Shown here: piece by piece, positions 1 through 9,062 of the stretch
Position numbering within the stretch: position 1 is the first letter of the stretch
Layout: each line of letters opens with the position of its first letter
From: a virus
Taxonomy: Duplodnaviria; Caudoviricetes
Direction: 5' to 3' (one strand)
Virus record (IMG/VR): IMGVR_UViG_3300043754_000129
Span: 1 to 64,000 of that record
Length of the DNA stretch: 64,000 nt
Notes under the pieces: generated by a model
The model's database searches: none
What the model saw: the letters and a program-made list of their open reading frames with translations, nothing else
What the model was told of the DNA's origin: nothing
Program-made: the position numbers and the translations under genes

Positions 1-492
1 TTACCGGAGTGACCCGTTCATGAGTTCCGTGCGCACCACCATGACAGTGTTGCCGCCCAAGTTCTCGCCCGTCCACTGCGCGGGATTGCCAATACGCGGG
101 TCATCCTTCGCGAAGCCCGCCCCCCACCGCTTATTCCAACTGCCTTCTGCCAGAACCAGCGGATGCGTCTGTATCAGCAACTGCGCCAGTCCTGGGTTCT
201 GCTTGTACTTCTCCCGGTTACCGACGAGTGCAATCTTCGGCGACCATTCATCCCAGACTTGCTGGTTAAAGCCCATCACGCCCTTGCCAATCTCCTTGCA
301 CTGATAGCCATTGCTGGCATTGAGGATCGCTTGCGCGGTTGCCTCATCATTGAAGAGCTTGGCCTTGCCGAACATGATGAACTTCTCGACGCTATCGAAG
401 AACACGTCGCGATACCAGAACTCCGAGCGGTACATATGGCTCGGGAAGTCTGTGTGGCCCAGATAGGCCAAGACGCTTCCGTGCTGGTTCAT
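1..492 (-). CDS. NADAR (YbiA/DUF1768-like) family protein, ADP-ribose/N-glycosidase
   Basis: Motifs SVEKFIMFGKAKLFND, KEIGKGV, KYKQNPGLAQLL, LAEGSWNKRWGAG and GENLGG match the NADAR/YbiA pattern; the stop codon is at bases 1-3. Confidence 0.85.
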   Translation of the reverse strand: MNQHGSVLAYLGHTDFPSHMYRSEFWYRDVFFDSVEKFIMFGKAKLFNDEATAQAILNASNGYQCKEIGKGVMGFNQQVWDEWSPKIALVGNREKYKQNPGLAQLLIQTHPLVLAEGSWNKRWGAGFAKDDPRIGNPAQWTGENLGGNTVMVVRTELMNGSLR

Positions 493-503
493 GTTTAAAC
501 CCC

Positions 504-1583
504 TTAGGAGGCTTCGGCTTCCGTCATGGGTACCAACGCACCCAAGATGTTGTCGAAGACGATGTGGAGCGATTTAACCATGTTCTGGCGGCTAAATTCG
601 TTCATGTCCGTGACCTGGGCCGACTGGATGCTGCCACCGACGGTGATCAGGAACTTCATCGAGCGCGAAGGCCACTGGCCACGCGTGTCGCAGAAGCGCC
701 AGCGGTAGAAGTCACCGATCGGAATCGTGATCTGCGTGAAGTCCTTATCGCTCGCCACGAACTGCACACCGGACTTCGGAATGCGTTCGTACTGATCGAA
801 GATGTAGTTCGCCTTGTCGAAGACGGCTTGCATCTGTTCGTCGAAGTCGCCCATGTCCACCGTGAAGCCGAGGGGCTTGAGCAGCTCATCCAGTTCCGCA
901 CGCAGACGGCTGGCCACCGTCGGGAAGGCGAACGAGTAGTCCGAACGGAACCATTCGTTTTCTTCCGGATGATGGTAGACCAAGCGCTCGTCCTGATTGG
1001 CTTCGAGCACGTAGACCACACCCACGTTCGATTGCGGCAGCTTCGTGCGCAGCACCATCAGCGCCTTGACTTGGCCGCTCGGGTACTTCATCGCGTAGAA
1101 GCCCGAGTTCAGGCTCGTCACCGGCGTGGTGTTCTCGACTTCGATCCATTCCTGGCCGTCGATCGTACCTGCCATCAGTGGCAGCGTGAGCTTGATGAAG
1201 TCTGCCAGTTCCTGGAGCTCCAACTCGTCCTTGGTCGGGAACTTGTTGAAGGTCAGGTCGACGTTGCGGCGCGAGTCGTCATTGCGCGGACGGTTCTGGG
1301 GGTTGAGCCAGTCGTCCATCTTCAGATGCTCGCGCAGCTTGCGCGCGATCGTGCCCTTGCCCGTGAAGAAGTCATAGGCGCTGAAGCGCTTCTCGCGCAG
1401 GCGGTCCAGGTGCACACCCAGTTGCTGCTGAAGCTTCTGGAACGGGACAGCCAGCTGCTTGTCCTTGAAGATCGCGTCCAGGTTGGTGGTGATCGCAGCG
1501 ATGCACGAGGCAATGCCGTCAATGTCGTGCTGCGTCGTGTCGGAGTCGCGCTGGCGCAACTCTTCGTAGAAATTCTCGCTCAT
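504..1583 (-). CDS. hypothetical protein (359 aa)
   Basis: Long ORF with phage-like codon usage and an AC-rich leader; no recognised motif. Confidence 0.7.
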   Translation of the reverse strand: MSENFYEELRQRDSDTTQHDIDGIASCIAAITTNLDAIFKDKQLAVPFQKLQQQLGVHLDRLREKRFSAYDFFTGKGTIARKLREHLKMDDWLNPQNRPRNDDSRRNVDLTFNKFPTKDELELQELADFIKLTLPLMAGTIDGQEWIEVENTTPVTSLNSGFYAMKYPSGQVKALMVLRTKLPQSNVGVVYVLEANQDERLVYHHPEENEWFRSDYSFAFPTVASRLRAELDELLKPLGFTVDMGDFDEQMQAVFDKANYIFDQYERIPKSGVQFVASDKDFTQITIPIGDFYRWRFCDTRGQWPSRSMKFLITVGGSIQSAQVTDMNEFSRQNMVKSLHIVFDNILGALVPMTEAEAS

Positions 1584-1642
1584 GTTGGTCTTACCTTATT
1601 GGTTATACCGGTCCAGATCATGAAACCGTGCGGTAAAAAAGC

Positions 1643-2050
1643 TCACCACATGTCTTCGGTGTAGAGTTCCCGATAGCTCGGATGCTTCTTGATGATCTGG
1701 TTCGCTTCGTTCGCGAGGGTCAAGCCCGTGATGCGGTTGACAAAGCGACCGGTGTTTGTGAGGAAGCCCTGCTTGCGCGTGTGTTCGATACCCGCATGCC
1801 CAAAGGCATCCATCGCCCAGATGAGGTGATGGTGACGGCCCGGTGCGGGGGCTGCATAAATCACGCCGCTCGGATGACGAATCGCACAAGCGACCACGTG
1901 CTCCGGACGACCCTTCTTACGCTTTCCAGCGTAACGCCGCATAAAGGCCGCCTCCGTACCACGCAGCAGCTGCACGCTACCACAGGCACGGTGTCGGAAT
2001 TCCTCTACGCGAATATATCGCAGATTGACGAGGAGCTTCTTCAAGCTCAT
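1643..2050 (-). CDS. small conserved phage hypothetical protein (HHHLI...QGFLTNTGRFVNR family)
   Basis: C-terminal VACAI..RHH..QGF.T..GRFV.R..LYTED pattern recalled from widespread phage hypotheticals; ATG at 2050 chosen within ORF 1643..2317. Confidence 0.6.
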   Translation of the reverse strand: MSLKKLLVNLRYIRVEEFRHRACGSVQLLRGTEAAFMRRYAGKRKKGRPEHVVACAIRHPSGVIYAAPAPGRHHHLIWAMDAFGHAGIEHTRKQGFLTNTGRFVNRITGLTLANEANQIIKKHPSYRELYTEDMW

Positions 2051-2147
2051 CGGCTGTTGGCTACCCTCGTACGGGATAGTGTCGTTTTGTTGCTGAAACC
2101 AGAGGGTCGCCGCAATCGCCGCAGCCACCCCTGATAACGGCAGAAAT

Positions 2148-2708
2148 TCAAGCCAGCTCACAGATCGGTTGGTCCTGTCGTTTTGTTTTCTGTTCCCGTC
2201 GAAGCCCGCGCAGATCCACTGGCGGTTCGATAGCGTTGATGTTATCCCAGCCACGCCCAGAAAGCATCCGCGACCAGTTAGCCTGAGTACCAAAGCCATA
2301 CCGGTCGCGGAGATCATTGAGCGTTACTGTTGGGTTCTGACGTACGTAGCGGCGAGCCTCCACCACCAGCTCCGGGGTGAAGTCAGCAGTGCGACGCCGT
2401 TGCGAGGAAACTTGGCGTGTGACGATCTCGCAGTTCTCGGGAGTGTAGTCTCCAACCATCTCCTTTCGTGCGACCACCGAACCGAGCTTCAACTTCCGCC
2501 AGTCCGGCTGTGTCATGATCCAGTTCACGTAGTTCAGATAACCCTTATCGTTCTCAAAGTGCCAGGCTTGACAAACCTTGACACCTTTGCCGCCATAATC
2601 CTTGTACTCCCGATTCCGCTTGTTGTTGCATCGCCGATTCATGGCGAGCCACGCAGGGTAATAGTCGGGGTACTCTTGGCGTCCTTCTCGTTCTTTATGG
2701 TAGGCCAT
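2148..2708 (-). CDS. HNH-endonuclease-like protein with C-terminal HTH, active site apparently degenerate
   Basis: W.AM.RRC.N...Y..YGGKGVKVC..W and GDYTPENC are typical of phage HNH proteins; the C-terminal segment RDRYGFGTQANWSRMLSGRGW is HTH-like. Confidence 0.75.
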   Translation of the reverse strand: MAYHKEREGRQEYPDYYPAWLAMNRRCNNKRNREYKDYGGKGVKVCQAWHFENDKGYLNYVNWIMTQPDWRKLKLGSVVARKEMVGDYTPENCEIVTRQVSSQRRRTADFTPELVVEARRYVRQNPTVTLNDLRDRYGFGTQANWSRMLSGRGWDNINAIEPPVDLRGLRREQKTKRQDQPICELA

Positions 2709-2754
2709 TTCTAATTAGTTTTTATGCTCTTGTCGTTGCTTTGCCTTTACTGCT

Positions 2755-3204
2755 TCACACGCCGTTCACAAGCCGCAGATGCGACACGGAGCCGGGAGCC
2801 TTGTCCACGGGAAGTGTCGGTGCCAACTGACGGAAATACAGTGCATATTCGGCGAGCGTGTAAATACACGAACCGGTTGCGGTCTCTTCGGTCCCAAACA
2901 GATGACCGAGTTGCGCAAACCCGCCCGCGCCGTTGAAGTCTTCCACGACCAAGTAGAAGAGCTCCTTATCGTCCATCGGAAACGCCAGCGAGTACGATAC
3001 GGCCTTGCCCTTACTGATGCTAAAATCAAGTACAACGGCGTCCGCGAAGGTTGTGACATCGTTATCCGTGATCTTCACTTTCACCGCCTGGCCGACCTGC
3101 AATCGGGTGGGCGAGACTTCTGCGCCAGCAATCAAGCCTTCGAGTGCTCGCTTAGGAATGATCCGTCCACCGAACTGATGCCAGCCCAACAGATTTTCGT
3201 TCAT
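2755..3204 (-). CDS. hypothetical protein
   Basis: ORF in a co-oriented operon with an AGGA RBS. Confidence 0.6.
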   Translation of the reverse strand: MNENLLGWHQFGGRIIPKRALEGLIAGAEVSPTRLQVGQAVKVKITDNDVTTFADAVVLDFSISKGKAVSYSLAFPMDDKELFYLVVEDFNGAGGFAQLGHLFGTEETATGSCIYTLAEYALYFRQLAPTLPVDKAPGSVSHLRLVNGV

Positions 3205-3216
3205 TCTTGCTTCCTG

Positions 3217-3588
3217 TTATTCATGCTTGGTTTTAGGGTTCACCACGGCCATGGTGATTCGTTTGTTTTCAAAACTACACCAGACCATCTCACTGTCCTC
3301 GGTCATCTGTTCGAACTCCACGGTTGCCCGGAAGTGTTCGGCCATACGCTCGACGACCTTAAGGTGGCTCTTGGCCGCAGGCATTGGGTGGAGCTGGTCG
3401 TACTCCATGCCTGCGAACCTGGCTTGCTGCAACTGCGTGATGATCGTGCCGACGTAGATTCCCGCCATAAAGTCGAGGGAACCGTCTTCTTCGTCAAGGG
3501 TCACGCGGCGAGTTAAAACCCCCAGATCACTCACCTCGATATCATCGTTGGAGACAACGCTAAACTTCGGACGATCATCATTGCTCAT
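3217..3588 (-). CDS. hypothetical protein
   Basis: ATG at 3588 is coupled (ATGA overlap) to the stop of the upstream gene. Confidence 0.65.
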   Translation of the reverse strand: MSNDDRPKFSVVSNDDIEVSDLGVLTRRVTLDEEDGSLDFMAGIYVGTIITQLQQARFAGMEYDQLHPMPAAKSHLKVVERMAEHFRATVEFEQMTEDSEMVWCSFENKRITMAVVNPKTKHE

Positions 3589-3935
3589 GGTAACAGTCTC
3601 AGCAGAATAAATGCCCACAGGAGCTTGCACAGGAAGTGCAAGGCTTGATCGACGTGCAACGAAATTTTCTCATTGCACTTCACACGATCTATCAACGCGT
3701 GACAGATCGCCTCTGCAACACCCATCCAAACGTAGCCTGTTACCAGTACTACAAACGCCCCATGAATCAGGGCGTGTGCTCCCAACGCGTACGGCCAGAA
3801 GAGCTTCCCGACCGGCGTGTTGTGATTCTTGGCCATCGCCATGAAGTCGCTCTGTGCCCAGAAGTCCGCGACCGCATGGAAGACCAGCAGCCACCACATG
3901 GTGACTGCGAAGTTGCTGTGGAAGGCCGCAATCAT
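3585..3935 (-). CDS. DUF3307-like membrane protein
   Basis: H..ADF..Q, H..IH, H..ID and DQ.LH motifs within hydrophobic helices. Confidence 0.75.
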   Translation of the reverse strand: MIAAFHSNFAVTMWWLLVFHAVADFWAQSDFMAMAKNHNTPVGKLFWPYALGAHALIHGAFVVLVTGYVWMGVAEAICHALIDRVKCNEKISLHVDQALHFLCKLLWAFILLRLLP

Positions 3936-5155
3936 TGCTGACCTGCCAGGATGATCTCGCCCTGGGCGTTAAACGCCGTGAGCAGCTCGAGCGCTTGTTG
4001 GCGGATCTCTTGACCGCGCACAACGTGACCGTACCAGCGCACGCCGACCGACCCCGGGTCACGCTTGCTGGCCAGATCGCGCTTGGCACCGTCGGTGTCG
4101 ACCACGCCAGGGAACATGTCGCTACAGAGCCATGCGTCTTGCACAGCCGTATGCGTCGCGTCCGGTTCGACCAGCATGAACTCGATCGTGGTGTTGTCGT
4201 TCACGCCGACTTGCGCGACTTGCAGACCCCACGCTTCGAACATCTCGCCAATCGGGCGACCGTACTTCTCGCCGAAAGCCATGCTGACCTTCGAGTCGTT
4301 CGGCACGAAGCGCTGTTGCTTGTTGTTCATGTCGCGCGACTTCAGTTCGAAGCCCCGCTCCAGCCCGTCGATTTCGCGCGGATGCAGTTCGAGCGTACGC
4401 TTGATCATCTCGGGCGAGACACCCGGGATCGACTTCGGCAGACGACGCACGAAGAGCACCAGGTTGCGCGAGTAGTACGGCGTGTTGGTCACGAAGTCCG
4501 CGTAGCTGCCCGGGTTCTTCTGGAACTGCACACCGGCCAACTTGAAGAGCAGGTGATGGCGATACGTGTCCATATCGTCGGGCAGACCCTTGGCGACCAC
4601 GTCGTAAGCTTGCGACAGGAGGCCGAGGAACGCGGTGTTGCCTGCCGGGTGGAAACCTTGCAGGGGCGGAAGATTGCCCGCATGCATATCGATCGAGGCG
4701 ACGATCGGCGGCGACGGCCGGTCCGACGTGATGCCGTTGACTTCCTCGTACTGTTCGCGCAGGATCGCACCGTCTTCGGGCGTCACGTTGCCGAGCATGA
4801 CTTCAGCGATTTCCGCCGGCGAGGCGCCTTCGGGCAATGCAGTCAGACCCGCGATGATCGGATCCGACGATTGATTCGACGAGACGTCCTTGTTGATGTC
4901 TTCGCCCGGGCCCTGATACGTAGCCGGATCTGCACCCATCGGCACGAACGGTTGACCGCCCAGCTTGTAGCCAGGTGCCGCGTTCACGATGGTGGCGCGA
5001 CCTTCAGCCGCGGCTTCTTCGGAAATGCCTGCCCGTTCCGCGACTTCTGCATTCGAACCTTGGATCATGTCCTTGAGTTCTTGATCGGGCGTGTTGTTAT
5101 TCTGACGACGGTCCTTCTTCTTTCCCCGTCCTTCAATGTGAATCGGTTTATTCAT
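3932..5155 (-). CDS. hypothetical protein (408 aa)
   Basis: Long ORF translationally coupled to the downstream gene; start MNKPIH after a TAGGA RBS. Confidence 0.75.
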   Translation of the reverse strand: MNKPIHIEGRGKKKDRRQNNNTPDQELKDMIQGSNAEVAERAGISEEAAAEGRATIVNAAPGYKLGGQPFVPMGADPATYQGPGEDINKDVSSNQSSDPIIAGLTALPEGASPAEIAEVMLGNVTPEDGAILREQYEEVNGITSDRPSPPIVASIDMHAGNLPPLQGFHPAGNTAFLGLLSQAYDVVAKGLPDDMDTYRHHLLFKLAGVQFQKNPGSYADFVTNTPYYSRNLVLFVRRLPKSIPGVSPEMIKRTLELHPREIDGLERGFELKSRDMNNKQQRFVPNDSKVSMAFGEKYGRPIGEMFEAWGLQVAQVGVNDNTTIEFMLVEPDATHTAVQDAWLCSDMFPGVVDTDGAKRDLASKRDPGSVGVRWYGHVVRGQEIRQQALELLTAFNAQGEIILAGQQ

Positions 5156-5237
5156 TCCGCATCCTAGTTGGTTATTCCGGTCCATCATGGAATTTTCAAC
5201 TAAGGTATTTCTTTACCTGTCTCCTATTAAAGAAAGA

Positions 5238-5270
5238 CGCCCACTCCCGGAGGAGTGGTGGGAGTGGGCG
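5238..5270 (-). terminator. intrinsic terminator
   Basis: 11-bp perfect stem CGCCCACTCCC/GGGAGTGGGCG followed on the minus strand by TCTTTCTTT. Confidence 0.65.
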
Positions 5271-5318
5271 CAAATACCCTCCACGCTGCGAGGAGACATC
5301 GCGGGGAGGGGCGCTGCT

Positions 5319-5831
5319 CTATGCAGCCTTTCGGTGATAGCGACGGTGCTCCGGCAGATCCGGTTCGTCGTCCTGAAGCTGATGCCGCACTGCAACGACA
5401 GCAGCGAGCTTAACAGGTGCCGGAGGCGTGGCCAATGCACGAAAGGCCATGACTCCTTGATTCTTGGCTGCGGTCTTCTTACGACGGGCACGACGGTTAT
5501 TCGCCAGGATCCGCTCGTAGTTCTTCGGCTGATCCCGGTAACGCTTTTCAATCTCGTAGCGATTGGTCTTCGGCATCTCCGCATTCGGTTTGACACCAAT
5601 GGCAATCACAGGCTGAGGCACACCACCCTTGCCACGCTGTGGCTTGTAGCGGATGATGTAAAGCGTCTGCGTGTGACCTTCACGTCGACCCACGGCTTGG
5701 GCAATCGCTTCACTGATCGCACGGTCACCTCGGTCCGGAATCGCCTTACGAATGGCGTCCAGGGATTGGGGGCGACCCTTGGTTTCAATCAGCTGACGGA
5801 TGCGTTCGTACGTCTTGTTTGTTCTTGGCAT
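5319..5831 (-). CDS. putative winged-HTH DNA-binding protein (paralog family A)
   Basis: N-terminal helical segment, then LYIIRYKPQRGKGGVPQPVIAIG, shared with 5785..6351 and 6760..7146; basic C-terminus. Confidence 0.6.
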   Translation of the reverse strand: MPRTNKTYERIRQLIETKGRPQSLDAIRKAIPDRGDRAISEAIAQAVGRREGHTQTLYIIRYKPQRGKGGVPQPVIAIGVKPNAEMPKTNRYEIEKRYRDQPKNYERILANNRRARRKKTAAKNQGVMAFRALATPPAPVKLAAVVAVRHQLQDDEPDLPEHRRYHRKAA

Positions 5832-6351
5832 GTTTCGTTGGTTCTTGATTCGATGTTCGGTATTGACGGGACGTGGTGCCTTTGACTTCTACAGGCGCCA
5901 CAGGCATGAACATATTCGCAAACACATTCACAGCGCGAGCTTCGGCTTGCTGTGCTTCTTCACGTGCGGCTTCTCGCTCGGCACGCTTTTGTTCACGAAT
6001 GGCTTCTTGTTCTTCCTTGCTAAGGCGACGCTCCGGACGGGAGAGCGCCATCTCGTGGTTGTACCGATTGACAGCCTCGGTACGGGATTGCTTCAGATCT
6101 GGGTGCTCGGCATCCTCTTCATTGCCAAGACCGATGATCGGCGACAGGGCGCCACTCTTACCGACGTGACGATCCCAGTCATGGACTCGAAATATCCGCT
6201 TCTCTTTCTTGCGACGGTCTTCTTGAATACACCACTGAATCCGGTTGACCGGCACATCCAGCATGTACTTCCCAATGCCTTCATAAGTGAGCGGACCCTG
6301 CTCATGAAGCACTTGATAGATTCGACCCTTCAGTATTGCTGGATTGGGCAT
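5785..6351 (-). CDS. putative winged-HTH DNA-binding protein (paralog family A)
   Basis: RIYQVLHEQGPLT (wHTH-like start) and FRVHDWDRHVGKSGALSPIIGLG motif. Confidence 0.6.
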   Translation of the reverse strand: MPNPAILKGRIYQVLHEQGPLTYEGIGKYMLDVPVNRIQWCIQEDRRKKEKRIFRVHDWDRHVGKSGALSPIIGLGNEEDAEHPDLKQSRTEAVNRYNHEMALSRPERRLSKEEQEAIREQKRAEREAAREEAQQAEARAVNVFANMFMPVAPVEVKGTTSRQYRTSNQEPTKHAKNKQDVRTHPSAD

Positions 6352-6673
6352 TCTCGGTTCGGAACATTGCGTGAGGCTGTACAGCCCTTCCCTTCATGCG
6401 CTCGGCAATCTTGCGCATTCCACCTTGGCTAATTCGGATCTGCGAAACACGTGCCTGGCTGATCCCCCACTTCTTAGCCGGGACGGTATTGTTGGTCGTG
6501 GTGTCGAGCACAATCTCCAAGTCGCGCACTTCCTGCACGCGCTTAGACAGACGCGCCAACTTCTTCACATCTGCCGGGCTCAACTCATGGCCTTCTTCAA
6601 TACGCTCCAACACTTCCGAATACAGATCATCGATCTGATTCAGAATGTCGCTGATGCCGTGTTGCACCTTCAT
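6302..6673 (-). CDS. putative HTH protein
   Basis: AKKWGISQARVSQI resembles an HTH recognition helix. Confidence 0.55.
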   Translation of the reverse strand: MKVQHGISDILNQIDDLYSEVLERIEEGHELSPADVKKLARLSKRVQEVRDLEIVLDTTTNNTVPAKKWGISQARVSQIRISQGGMRKIAERMKGRAVQPHAMFRTENAQSSNTEGSNLSSAS

Positions 6674-6716
6674 AACCTATCCCGATGAAGTGAGTTTTAC
6701 CAATTGGTTGTTTTTA

Positions 6717-6753
6717 CGGCATAAAACGGAGACCCGAGTTTCCCCGGGTCCCT
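6717..6753 (-). terminator. hairpin + TTTTATGCCG element
   Basis: Stem GACCCG/CGGGTC followed on the minus strand by GTTTTATGCCG. Confidence 0.65.
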
Positions 6754-6759
6754 CTACAC

Positions 6760-7146
6760 TTACATGTAGTTGTCGATCGCGTCGAGCTCCTTCTGGACCA
6801 TGCGCTGCTGATGCCGCGCACGTTTCTCGTTCAATCGGCGAATGTCTGCCAAGGACGTGTCCTCGACAAACTCTTCGGTCTTCGGTACATCGGGTTCCGT
6901 GCCGAGTACCAGGATCGGCTGCGGTTTACCACCATGACCCACCTGCGTCGCGTAGCCAACAGCACGCAGCTGACGCGTACCGCCATCCATCCCGCGCAAG
7001 CGTTCCAGCGCGGACTTCACGCTTTGCGGATCGAGATGGTCCAGGATGTCCTGGAGTTGGCGCAGCGTAAAGCGCTTTGCAGGCTTGCCCTCTTCTTGCT
7101 TATAGAGAGCGAGGATCTGTTCACCCACCGGAGACGAACGTGCCAT
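6760..7146 (-). CDS. putative winged-HTH DNA-binding protein (paralog family A)
   Basis: FTLRQLQDILDHLDPQSVKSALERL helix pattern and LRAVGYATQVGHGGKPQPILVLG motif. Confidence 0.65.
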   Translation of the reverse strand: MARSSPVGEQILALYKQEEGKPAKRFTLRQLQDILDHLDPQSVKSALERLRGMDGGTRQLRAVGYATQVGHGGKPQPILVLGTEPDVPKTEEFVEDTSLADIRRLNEKRARHQQRMVQKELDAIDNYM

Positions 7147-7148
7147 GA

Positions 7149-8237
7149 TTACACCGCCATCGGAGCAGAGATCGGCTCACCCGGGGTATAACCCTCGAGC
7201 GAGAAGTCAGTCGGTTCGACCTTGTCCAACCAGGCAACCGCTGCATCAGCGATCATCTGGTTCGCACGCTCACGCGGCAGCGGCGTATGCGGGTCGTTCT
7301 CGCAGGCCATGACGCCATCGAGGACATTGTCGTACATGTCCAGGTACGTCGGCACGCGATCGCTGATCACGAGTTTCGGGAGATCCTGCACCGGACGCTC
7401 CAGGTACTCGTTGACCATATCCATCTGGTTGCGATAGATGTGGGCATCGTTGGAGATGATCGTGAGCCACGTGGCCTTGTAGCCCGTGAGGCGCGCGACC
7501 AGTTCCAGCAGCGTCGCTGCTTCCATCACATTCGACGGGAAGCCGAGCGGCATGTCGTTCGAACGGATCGTGACCGAGAGAGCCAGTTCCTTCTTCGACG
7601 GCGTAGGCACGAACTGATACAGCAGGTGACAGGCCGGCAGGGCGATCTCGTCGAGCTTCGCAGGATTCCACGCATGGAACAGGATGCGGCGGTCCGACGG
7701 GTTCAGGATGATCTTGCGCACGCACTCGGCGAGTTGATCGATTTCCTTGAACCAGATATCTTCGTCCAGACCAACCTGACGGCCGGAATGGTCTTCGAGT
7801 CGCTTCCAGCCATCGGCTTCGAGTTTCGCTTCGGCAGCGACATGTGCATCCGAGCTCGGGAAATCCGTCGGCTTCAGAAGCTTGAATGCAGGCCAACGAC
7901 GCCATTGCGCACCGTACACATCGCCCAGGTCATCCGTGCCCTTGCGGAACGGATTGCCGAGCCACTGAGCGTTCTCATTGGCATTCTGATCCCAGAACTT
8001 GCAGCCCAAGCCCCGGAAGTCGAATGCGCTCGTCACGCCCCGGATGAAACCGACGAGTTCGCCGTTCGCGGCCTTGAACGGTGCACGACGGCCGGTCAGT
8101 GCCGGGTAGCCCGAGGGCAGGTAGAAACGCATCACAGCCGGATACGGCAGCTTGATCGTATCGATGCCGGTGCGGGCATTCGGTTCCCAGGTCCCCTCTT
8201 GCAGGATCTGGCGCAGTACGCTTTTGTATTGGTTCAT
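7149..8237 (-). CDS. thyA: thymidylate synthase
   Basis: RTG, DLG.VYG.QWR, DQL, RRI...WNP, LPACH (catalytic Cys), RS.D..LG.P.N and DAHIY motifs. Confidence 0.97.
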   Translation of the reverse strand: MNQYKSVLRQILQEGTWEPNARTGIDTIKLPYPAVMRFYLPSGYPALTGRRAPFKAANGELVGFIRGVTSAFDFRGLGCKFWDQNANENAQWLGNPFRKGTDDLGDVYGAQWRRWPAFKLLKPTDFPSSDAHVAAEAKLEADGWKRLEDHSGRQVGLDEDIWFKEIDQLAECVRKIILNPSDRRILFHAWNPAKLDEIALPACHLLYQFVPTPSKKELALSVTIRSNDMPLGFPSNVMEAATLLELVARLTGYKATWLTIISNDAHIYRNQMDMVNEYLERPVQDLPKLVISDRVPTYLDMYDNVLDGVMACENDPHTPLPRERANQMIADAAVAWLDKVEPTDFSLEGYTPGEPISAPMAV

Positions 8238-8269
8238 GTTGGTTCGTTGGTTCTATGGTCCGGTACAGC

Positions 8270-9058
8270 TTAGTTGTTGTCGATAAAGTCGAACGTGATA
8301 ATGTCACGCAACTCGCGATGCATGATGTTATCGATAAAGGTGTCAACAGAGATGCAGCGCAGGGAGAAGCGACACTGCGTCGGCTTCTGCTCCATCATCG
8401 CCATGAAGGCATCCCGGAAGTAGCCCGCGGGCGTCGCAACCGCGGTGAGCGCCCAGTCACCGTCGATCTGCTCGATACGGAACTGCGACAGACGGCAGCA
8501 CGTGTGATCGATCTCGATCGTCATCATGCGTCGCATCCATTCTTCATTCCCCATCGCCGGGAACTTCATCGGGTGACCGTATTCCGAATACAGGCCGCGC
8601 GCATTCAGTTTCGGCAATAATTCATCGACGCGCGTACGCGAGACGAACACCCCTGCCTTGTTCTTTTGATCGAGCTTGGTGAGCGTCACGATGTACGAAT
8701 CGTTCAGGGTCGAGACGGTCTGCTTCAGGGCGGCAACGCTCGTCGGTGACGGCTTCGCTTCGTGCAGTGTGAGGTAGGCGTAATCCGACGTCGTGATCGA
8801 AATGGCTTCGCCGTTTGTCTTGAAGAGAATGACGTTATCACCATTCAACTTCAGCTCGGACTCTCCGCATGTTACTTCTGCGGTTTCCCCACTGGCCTGT
8901 ACTTTCGAATAAACAGCCTTGAAGATGATCCCGAACATGCGCTCGAAGAAGACCTTCATCTGAAAGTCGCGGATGTACATCGAGTGGTTGTACGTGAAGT
9001 CGGACTCGTTGGCGACGTCGACTTCATTGAGGTTCTTCACCTCGCGGTAACTGCCCAT
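8270..9058 (-). CDS. phiKZ-type prohead protease paralog with an N-terminal extension
   Basis: The C-terminal ~130 aa (GLYSEYGHP, TPAG, FSLR, RELRDIITFDF) align by eye with the phiKZ gp175-type protease pattern recalled as GALYGE.GHP / P.G / FSIR / REL..IVT.D. Confidence 0.65.
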   Translation of the reverse strand: MGSYREVKNLNEVDVANESDFTYNHSMYIRDFQMKVFFERMFGIIFKAVYSKVQASGETAEVTCGESELKLNGDNVILFKTNGEAISITTSDYAYLTLHEAKPSPTSVAALKQTVSTLNDSYIVTLTKLDQKNKAGVFVSRTRVDELLPKLNARGLYSEYGHPMKFPAMGNEEWMRRMMTIEIDHTCCRLSQFRIEQIDGDWALTAVATPAGYFRDAFMAMMEQKPTQCRFSLRCISVDTFIDNIMHRELRDIITFDFIDNN

Positions 9059-9062
9059 TTCG

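Noticed and set aside
5187-5885. 232-aa plus-strand ORF and the alternative minus ORF 5213..5605
   Set aside because: They run across a terminator and conflict with the paralog-supported 5319..5831 gene.
7149-8237. ThyA as a dCMP hydroxymethylase or DNA-modification enzyme
   Set aside because: The specificity residue is Asn (PSN), as in dUMP-specific enzymes, and no glycosyltransferase or other modification genes are nearby.
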